This document shows, in pieces, positions 23,253 through 30,948 of a stretch of 30,948 nt of DNA. The translations under genes and the position numbers were made by a program. The notes under the pieces were generated by a model that was given only the letters and a program-made list of their open reading frames with translations, was not told the origin of the DNA and did not search any database. This DNA is from Vicugna vicugna. Lineage: Eukaryota. Position 1 is the first letter of the stretch, and each line of letters begins with the position of its first letter. Where the stretch lies: positions 124,001-154,948 of the forward strand of contig MU058433.1 of NCBI GenBank assembly GCA_013265495.1, read 5' to 3'.

Positions 23253-24989
23253 CAGAAGACACAGTATTAGACATGGCAGCATCAGATGAGCTCTCAGAGG
23301 TGACCCTTACAATGGTACAGAATGTACATTATCCCCATCATCTCAGCCTTTTAAGGAACCAGATCAGATGGGGGTAAATGAAACTACAACAGATTAGATA
23401 AGCCTAGTGCTGCAAAGGATTGATTACCTTGTAACAGACCATGAGCAGCAACTTCCAGGGACCTGAAAGAGACACATTTGGACATAAGAGTCACAACTCC
23501 CTGTGAAAAATGAGGTCTGTGTTTACCAAGTGGCATTAGAGTTCTGTATAAATTCTTCCTACCCAAATGCACTTTATGTATCAGGCTAGTTGTACTATCA
23601 ATAATGTGATCTTGAAAGGTTGCTGACCTCCGCTTTGTTGTAACCCAGTGGATTCCCCAGAAAAAACAACACACAAACACACACACACTAGGAGAAGAAT
23701 AAGCCAATATTGTCTTTATAGGAAGAAAGACCCCAGGCCTGATGTTAGTCTTTTGTTCCCACATGTCTAAGCCAATCCCCAATCCTGCACGTTTCCCTCC
23801 TCCTGCGCTCACTCCCATCTGCTGCCTCCATTGTCTTCACCACCTGGCCCCTCATCATCGCTCCCCGGAGCCCCTGTGCAGACATCCCACCTGAGCCTCC
23901 CAGGTCCACGCTGGGTCCATCTGACAGCTCACAGCTCCAGTGCGCAGCTCGCTGTGCCCCCACTCTTCTCTGATGGGGAAACATGGGTCATTGTCCTTGC
24001 TCTTGGAAATGGGTCCCTAAATGTTATGTAATTTAGGAAGTGTCATATTTATGTCACTGTAGCTCTTGTGCGGCCAAAGGCCAGCACTTTTCTGCTCACC
24101 AGCCACAGGGACACTTGCAACCTCAGAACAGATGCTCTGTGTTCCAGGAACAGCTCATTTCCTCTCCCTAATGCATTTTCCCTCTCTCTCATGCCATGTT
24201 TCCTTCCTCTGCTTGAGCTTTCAGTTCAACCCTTGTGTTTACAATTTGGAATTCTTGGACAATCCCTTGTTTTCCCCCATTATGTGATTTCTGAACAACA
24301 TGCATCTCTAGTATTTTTTACATCTGCTTTTTCACATCTACATGTATGTATATGTGACTGAATTTTAATTTGCCATTAATTCCAAGTGAATTTCCAGTTC
24401 ATCGTGTCTTAAATCCTCTGTTTAGACTCATTTTTCTGATTATGGCTACTAGGCCAGTTGCTAGGGTGTAAGTCACCATCAAGGAGAATTAGCTGAAGGA
24501 TTTTGCCTAGTACTTTGTGGATTTTTCTCAAGGCTGACATTCATTTCACCTGTGTTTCTATGTTTTTAGGTATGTGACTTCTGTGATCCTATGAGTATAC
24601 CTATACCATCTGCATCCCGTCCATCCTTATACTTATATACACACACCAACATATACAGACACACACACACACACATGCTTAGTCTCCTGTCAATCTCCTT
24701 GACAGAATTCCAGGCTTATACATGAATCTTGGTAGAAAAGTATCACATCATCCTTTTGTTAAGTATAATTAAATAATAAGAATTATGAACCGAGGGTAAA
24801 GTGTTTAAAATTATTATGAAATGTCTTTTTTAACAGGTTAGGATAAAAGAACAAGTAATGAGAGAGTTTACTGAAGTGTAAGAAAGCGTCACATTGATCT
24901 GTGGGGCATCATTCATGCTAAGAGAAGAGTAGGTTTGAAAGCCCAAACACATAAGTGGTTTCAGCCTTTTAATATTAATGACTTTTTTT

Positions 24990-25013
24990 CTTCCTTCCTT
25001 CCTTCCTTCCTTC

Positions 25014-25076
<63 letters not shown>

Positions 25077-25078
25077 TT
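24990..25078. repeat. Compound (TTCC)n(TTTC)n microsatellite
   Basis: Directly visible tandem tetranucleotides. Confidence 0.95.
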
Positions 25079-25428
25079 TTTGCATAGGAAACAAAAGCAG
25101 GATAGAAGGTGAGTCACACATGGATCTTGGTAAAAAATGAATCAGGTCATTCTTTGTTTAGTAAATATAAATATTAAGAATAATTGCACAGATAAGGGTG
25201 GATGGAATTTGCCATGTGATATAAACCATGAACCAAGAGTGAAGTGTTTAAAAGTATCATGAAATGTCCTTTTTAACATGTCGGCAGCTTCTTCCCTTTA
25301 TTCTCCATGTTTTCTTTTACGTCCTTCAATAATTTGGTCTTGCCCCACCCATGATTTCTACACAGCTGGTATCAGTTTATTTCCACCTTTCTCACTCTGT
25401 CCCCTTTTAATATTCCCAAATCATGCAG

Positions 25429-26065
25429 GGATCTGTGAGTACAAGAACCCTTAGAAATCAGGATGGATGAAACAGGGGAGTGGCTGGCATGGCGTCAGGA
25501 ATCCTGGTGAACATACATGAGGAGGTGACCTGCCCCATTTGCCTGGAGCTTCTGACAATCCAGGAGCCTTAATTGTGGCCACACGTTCTGCCAAGCCTGC
25601 ATCACTGCGAACAACAAGGAGTCCAAGACTGGCACAGAAGGGGAGAGTAGCTGCCCTGTGTGCCGACTCAAAACAGGGGAGTGGCTGGCATGGCGTCAGG
25701 AATCCTGGTGAACATACATGAGAAGGTGACCTGCCCCATTTGCCTGGAGCTTCTGACAACCCAGGAGCCTTAATTGTGGCCACACGTTCTGCCAAGCCGG
25801 CATCACTGCGAACAACAAGGAGTCCAAGACTGGCACAGAAGGGGAGAGCAGCTGCCCTGTGTGCCGACTCAGTTACAGGCCTGAGAACCTGCGGCCTAAC
25901 CAGCTTGTGGCCAACATAGTGGAGAGGCTCAGGGAGGTCAGGATGAGCCCGGAGGTGGAGCACAAGGAAAATCTCTGTGCGCACCATGAAGAGAAACTCC
26001 TGCTCTTCTGTAAGGAGGATGCGAAGGTCATTTGCTGGCTTTGTGAAGAGTCTCAACAGCACCGT
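25429..26065 (+). pseudogene. TRIM5: TRIM5-like pseudogene exon 2 (duplicated frameshifted RING + truncated B-box2)
   Basis: Acceptor atgcag|GGATCTGTGA. ATG at 25489 gives [23 protein letters not shown] (TRIM5 N-terminus), then a frameshift to TAA at 25570-25572. The shifted frame continues [17 protein letters not shown]...GESSCPVCR and ...[16 protein letters not shown]...[23 protein letters not shown]. No downstream TRIM exons follow. Confidence 0.88.
25470..25871 (+). repeat. Tandem duplication, 2 x 201 bp, spanning the TRIM5 start codon and RING
   Basis: 25470-25670 versus 25671-25871 differ at 4 positions by my count (about 98% identical). Confidence 0.95.
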
Positions 26066-26950
26066 GATCTAACCGATAGAGAACTCAGAGAGATACAGCA
26101 AAACTCACTCAGGCAGTCTAAAGAGCTCAGGAATACAATTAAAGTTCTGAAGGAAAACCTTCCCAACGAGGATGAAACTCTAAAACAGAATCGAACAAAT
26201 TCTGGAGCTGAAGAACACCAAAAATGGGAAGGAGAACACGTTAGAAAGCATTCATTGAAAGTAGAGCAGACCAGATGGAGAGGGAATGCATGAGCCCGCA
26301 CGTTGAAATCTAGAAATGATATGAGTAGAAGAGGAGAGAGAAATAAGACATAAAAATGAGTTAATTTCCGAGGACTATCGGACTCTTTTAGGAAGGGCAC
26401 CATTAGGGTAACGGGTATCCCAGAAGGAGCAAAGGGACAAAAGGGAGCAGAGAGATTTTAAAGAAATAATAGCTGTGAGCTCCCCAAACCTGGGGAAGGA
26501 ACTGGATATACACTGTGCCCATGCACCTGAGAGAACACTTAATGACCGCATTGCAAAAAGGCCCTTTCCAGGACACAAGATACTAAACTTGTCAAAAGTC
26601 TGTCACAAAGTCAGTTTTAACGGCAGCAAGTGTAAACAGCATGCTCAGATACAAAGGAACCTCGGTTAGACCATCAGCAGATTTTTCAGCAGAAACCCAG
26701 CAGGCCAGGAGGGAGTGGAACGACATTCTCAAAATAGTGAAGGGCAAAAACCATCACCGAAGAATACGCTATCCATCAAAGGTATCATTCAGATAGGAAG
26801 GAAAAATAAAGACTTTCCCAATCAAAAGCCGAGGGAGTGGATGAACCCTAGACCCCCTCTTACAAGAGACTTGATAGAATTTTCCTACCAAAACAAAATT
26901 GCAAAAATACACAACACTTAGAGAAAAGTGTTAAGTAGACAGAACCAGAA
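26066..26950 (+). mobile_element. LINE-1 ORF1 (or HAL1-like) remnant, sense, with no ORF2 or tail
   Basis: Decayed ORF1p motifs in order: DLTDRE, ELRN.I, ILELKNT, SDSFRKG.IR..GIPEG, PNLGKELDI, KRP.P.H.IL.LSK, IR.SADFSAET.QARREWNDI.K. Confidence 0.88.
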
Positions 26951-27091
26951 TATGACAAAAGCCATTATCCTTCTGTCATTGACTTACTCCTCTTGTCTCT
27001 CCCATTTCCTCTTTTTAACAATGAATGTTAATGTTTTGTTTGTTGTAAATCTCTGCACCATCAGTATCCTTTCTCTGCCTGCCTTAATTTT

Positions 27092-28063
27092 CCTCTGCTC
27101 TGTGCACATGCAATGTTTCACTACCCACCATCACCTCAGGCATTCTGCCACAAACATAAGAAAAAAATTTGTCTAGCGAAAGAGTTACTTGAATAAATAA
27201 TGTAGGTTAAATCCCTTTTATTTTTAGAATTGTAGAAATGGAACCTATCCATACAAAGTCAACTTTCTCAGTGTATCATATTATATCATATTCTAGAGTA
27301 AGGTCAACCAAGTAGGCTACTAAACCCATATCCAGAAAATCTTGGTTTATAGCCTTCCCATGCCAAAAAATCCCATAGTTTTAGTATCATTCTACTAACC
27401 ATCATCTCAGGAACCATAATTGTAATAATACGCTCACACTGATTACGATTTTGAATTGGCTTCAGAATAAATATACTATCTATTATCTCTGTCCTACTAA
27501 AAATACTTACTCCATGAGCCACAGAAACATCGAGCAAATTATTTTAACGCAAGCTACCATGTCGACATTCCTATAATTGCTATCATTATTAATTTAGTAT
27601 ATTCAAATCAATGAACAATTTCCCAAAGCATTTACTACAACAGTAACCACCATCAAAATGGTAGCCGTTATCATAAAGTTAGGACTTTCCTCATTCCACG
27701 TGTGAGTGACCAAAGTTAAACATAATCCACGAAGAGCAGGCCTAATCCTATGAACAGGACAAAAACTTTCAGCAATATCAGTTTATTTCAAATCTCATTA
27801 TTCGTCAGCATAAGCGTGATACTAACCATAGTCATATTATCCATCCTAATCAGAGCTGGAGATGGACTTAACCAAGCCCAGCTAGGAAAAATCATAACCT
27901 ATTCATCAGTTGACATATAGGATAAATGGCAGCTATTATAATATGGCATTTAACCACAATAATTCTAAACATTGATTTCCAGTGTAATAACACTCGCTCT
28001 CTTTATGTTATTCATGTGCAATTCCTCTACCATAATATTATCGCTGGTGCGCAGGTGAAATAC
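27092..28063 (+). pseudogene. Nuclear mitochondrial segment (NUMT): ND1 3' end, tRNA-Ile (~27159-27226), tRNA-Gln (minus, ~27225-27295), tRNA-Met (~27297-27365), 5' two-thirds of ND2
   Basis: 'ccacaaacataagaaa..tgtct..aaagagttactt', 'agtaaggtca...cccatatccagaaaatcttggtttatagccttccc' and ND2 'ggagatggacttaaccaagcccagctaggaaaaatcataacctattcatca' appear in mammalian mtDNA gene order, with many substitutions and indels. Confidence 0.92.
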
Positions 28064-28171
28064 ACTGTTTGGCACACAGCTTTAGAAATTGCACAGTTCA
28101 GCTGAGTCATTGGATTATTCTCATAGTTCAGCCCTGTCACTTAACAGAGAATTTCAGAAATTTTTCATTAC

Positions 28172-28668
28172 TGTATTACTCAGAGATCTTCAGAGAAATA
28201 GAATCTCTATCTATTAGCTAGCTAGCTAGCTATCCACCCTCATCATATACATTGGAAGGTGCCCTATTATAAGGAGGAGGCTCATATAATCATAGAGGCT
28301 GAGAAGTTCCAGATCTGCCGTCTGCAAGGTGCAGACCCAGTAACTCAGTCCAAGTCGGGAAGCTTCAGACCGGGAGTCTCTATGACATAAGTGTCCGTCT
28401 CAGGACGGGAGAAGACCCGCGGAAGCAGAAGCAGGCAGGCAGGAACAAAAAGAACAAGTTCTTCCTTCTTGCACAGTTGTGTTCTTTTCAGGCCTCAACA
28501 AATTGGATGATACCCATCCACGCCACGGAAAGCCAGCTGTGTTACTGAGTCCACAGATCCCATTCCAATCTCGACTGGAAACAACACTTTCACAGACACA
28601 CGCAGAAGGAATGTCTAAACTGGGCACCCAGTGACCAGTCTAGTTGTCTTATAGTAATAACCGTCACA
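28172..28668 (-). mobile_element. MLT2 (ERVL) LTR, copy B
   Basis: 'tgtattactcagagatcttcagagaaatagaa...gaggctgagaagttccagatctgcc...ttactgagtccacagat...taaccgtcaca', at the position equivalent to copy A. Confidence 0.85.
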
Positions 28669-29199
28669 CGAATTCCCTGGATTCATTTTTCTCATGTTGA
28701 TCATAGGCGTTACATGGGAAACAATGTCAGATGACATTGCCCAACAAATGATCCCTCCGAGGGTTTCATCTCTTGCAGCTTATTTAGGAAAAGCACCATT
28801 TTGGCCATAGTGAATCCACGTTCTGAAAGGCAGCATCAGTGTTCTAGCGCTCTGTGATAGCCCCTGTGACTGGCCGCCGGAGAAATGTCAGATTTGGAGA
28901 AAGTTTTCCTCTAACGTGTCTTAACAGTGCACGCTGGACGGGTTCATTTAGTTTAGCTGGAAGACACTGGACAGGAGAGCGCGTCCAGTAGGTGAGCCCT
29001 CAGTGGGGCGTCTTCACTGTGGTAAAGGAGAACTTCCTCTCTCCTCCTGACGGGTCATTTGTAAGCAAACTAGACAGGGTGGATGCGTGTGATATGACAT
29101 GGCTTAGGCTAGCCGACTTCTTCAAAGCATGGATTAGTTTGAAGAGCCATGAGAACACAGGAGACAGGAATAAAAATACATTCCCTGGCCCAGCAGGCT

Positions 29200-29370
29200 C
29201 AGGCACAAAAGCCTTGTCATTTCCAGGGGGCGCTGTGAGGAGGCCTCCCACTGGTCTAGGGTCACTTCTCATTTCCTGCTTGTACTCCACCCACAAGACT
29301 TTACTTTCATCTTACAGCTTCTTCTAAGGGGAATCTTCTTGGCGAAGATCAGGCCCCTGGTTTGGTGAGT
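29200..29370 (+). promoter_or_regulatory. TRIM5-like promoter and non-coding exon 1, copy B (donor after 29364); coding exons, if any, lie beyond the window
   Basis: 'ggggaatcttcttggcgaagatcaggcccctggtttg|gtgagt', with IRF-like 'actttactttca' just upstream. Confidence 0.6.
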
Positions 29371-30948
29371 GAATGCTGAACACATGTGCCCAGGCCCTGT
29401 CTTCACCCTTCCCTAAGGAATCACAACTTCTGCACTGGAGAGTGAAGATACTGGAGTGTTTGGTGAAGGGCTGGTTTCGAGAGACACGGAAGGAGAAACT
29501 GAAACTGTTTGGGTGAGTTTAAGTTGCATTTCTTGGAAGCTGTTCTAAAGAGGGAAAAGGCTGGGCCTGCAGGCTTCCTGCTGAGAGTGAAGATGAGACT
29601 GGGGCAGGGGGAGTCTTAGAAGAAGCGGGGTTGGAAGAAGTAAAAGGCTTTGCTTGTTCCTTGGAGGGACTGTTTGTTCCTCCAGGGTGAGTCTACACAC
29701 GCCTCCGCCCCATTTTATAATTTTGAAAGCATCTTGCTGAGGACACAAGAATACCTGATTTTTCAGAGCTAGAATGTCCTTTCCCTCAACAAGGACAATT
29801 GCCCAGGGGTCTTTTAGTCGTAATTGTTTAATGCTTATCAGAGCAACAGTGTAGTGTTTCTGCCTGACTCTGGAGAAATTCTCATGACCTCGGCCTGTCT
29901 GTGCTCAGGAGCCTGGTGCTGTGACAGCTGGCAGGCTCTGAGCCTCTCTGTGTTCTCTCCTCCAGACCCAGGGAACCACTGCACTTCCTTAGTCGCTAAC
30001 CTGCTCACCCCTCTGCCTGAGCCATAACTGTCACCCAGAAACAGAGCTCAGCTGAGAGGTCGGGAGCAAGAGAGGCACTTAGGAAGAACATCCAGAAGGG
30101 ACGTCTGTTCTAACTTTTAATAAACCAAAGGAGTTACCCGACTGGGGTTGATGATATACAAAGATGTCAGAAGAAACAGAATTATAACAACATCATGAGA
30201 CTCAAAAGGGAAGGATGTGAGAGAAGCCTCTGTGTTTCCTCCCCCTCCTCCGTTCTATGGGCAGAACAGCTGCACCCACCTAACTCGGCCAAATCTCTCT
30301 TCTCACCACGACTTCCCCTGATCTGACCAAACCTTCCTTCATCAAGGATTACTCTGCAGATGATCCCTTGGCTGTGAATTCCTTGACCCCTTCTCAGCAT
30401 CAGTCGGTGTTAGACAGTTGTCTTTTGAACTCGCACAGTGCACTTTAGTCAGACCAATTATTACAGGACTTTAGAACTGATTTATTACTTTACTGCTTCA
30501 CGTTTCATTTTACTAGTGTTGTCAGGAGTTTATGTGAAACAAAATTAGATGACTGCCTAGAAGGTAAAACATTGCACGACTTCCCTTTCTGATTCTATTT
30601 GGGAAAAGGAACGTTTTCTCTTATACCATCCATGAGTTGTGGCTTTATCGTGATTAGACAACCTGTTTTACTACAGTCACAAGAGAAGAAAGTTCTTTCT
30701 GTGAACTTACTTTGTGGACTTTTACATAATAATTGTCTTTTTAAGTCCTTTAAGCTTGTTTAGGAGTTGTCTCTGCGATATATTGAGTTTGCAATCACAT
30801 GAGCTCAGATGTCAGAAGAAAAGCTTGCTGACACCATGGCAGCCATGTGACCTGATGTTTCATCAGACAGATGCCACTCACGTTCCCACGTCCACCTCCC
30901 TGACTGCTGGGGAGCCCTTGGGTCACTGCTTAGGTAGTGGGGGGGGGG

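Larger units (their letters stand above)
26960..30200 (+). repeat. Segmental duplication unit B (second TRIM5 upstream/exon 1/intron 1 copy), interrupted by the NUMT
   Basis: Colinear with 19600-22605; homology is clear from 28065 onward and weak at 26960-27090. Confidence 0.85.

Noticed and set aside
24830..25117. KKER-repeat ORF on the minus strand
   Set aside because: It is a translation of the (TTTC)n microsatellite.
25451..26062. 203-aa minus-strand ORF with an internal 67-aa repeat
   Set aside because: It is the antisense shadow of the TRIM5 exon and its 201-bp duplication; there is no independent coding evidence.
25429..26950. TRIM5 fragment as a processed retrocopy or TRIMCyp-type gene
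   Set aside because: Exon 2 keeps its polypyrimidine tract and acceptor, and exon 1 is about 3.6 kb upstream, so it is genomic. No cyclophilin sequence is visible.
27159..27365. Functional tRNA genes
   Set aside because: These are degenerate mitochondrial tRNA copies within a NUMT, with disrupted stems.
30215..30800. Possible processed-pseudogene fragment or 3' UTR-like insert
   Set aside because: I could not recognise a parent gene, poly(A) tail or TSD; a BLAST search would be needed.
1..30948. Prokaryotic features (CRISPR arrays, operons, IS elements) and the remaining short ORFs
   Set aside because: The sequence is mammalian with spliceosomal introns. The other ORFs are short, overlap repeats or exon antisense strands, and show no recognisable domains.

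Overview
Mammalian genomic DNA, probably a camelid or other cetartiodactyl judging from the young L1 3' ends. It comes from a class I olfactory receptor / TRIM5-family cluster. In order it contains: an OR52B4-like gene broken by one in-frame TAG (3683-4627); a much older, decayed class I OR relic (~6570-7013); a tailless tRNA-Gly half retrocopy with a 17-bp TSD; and an intact 8-exon TRIM34-like gene (CDS 10967-16805, 487 aa, RING-B-box2-coiled coil-PRYSPRY). Downstream lie two diverged tandem copies of a TRIM5 promoter/exon-1 unit (~19600-22600 and ~26960-30200). The first leads into a TRIM5 pseudo-exon 2 with a frameshift, a 201-bp tandem RING duplication, and a B-box2 cut off and joined in frame to a LINE-1 ORF1 remnant. 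The second carries a ~1-kb old NUMT (ND1 end, tRNA-Ile/Gln/Met, ND2). The rest is L1, L2, MIR, MER20, MLT2 and ERV LTR debris. Family assignments come from recalled sequence, not database searches.
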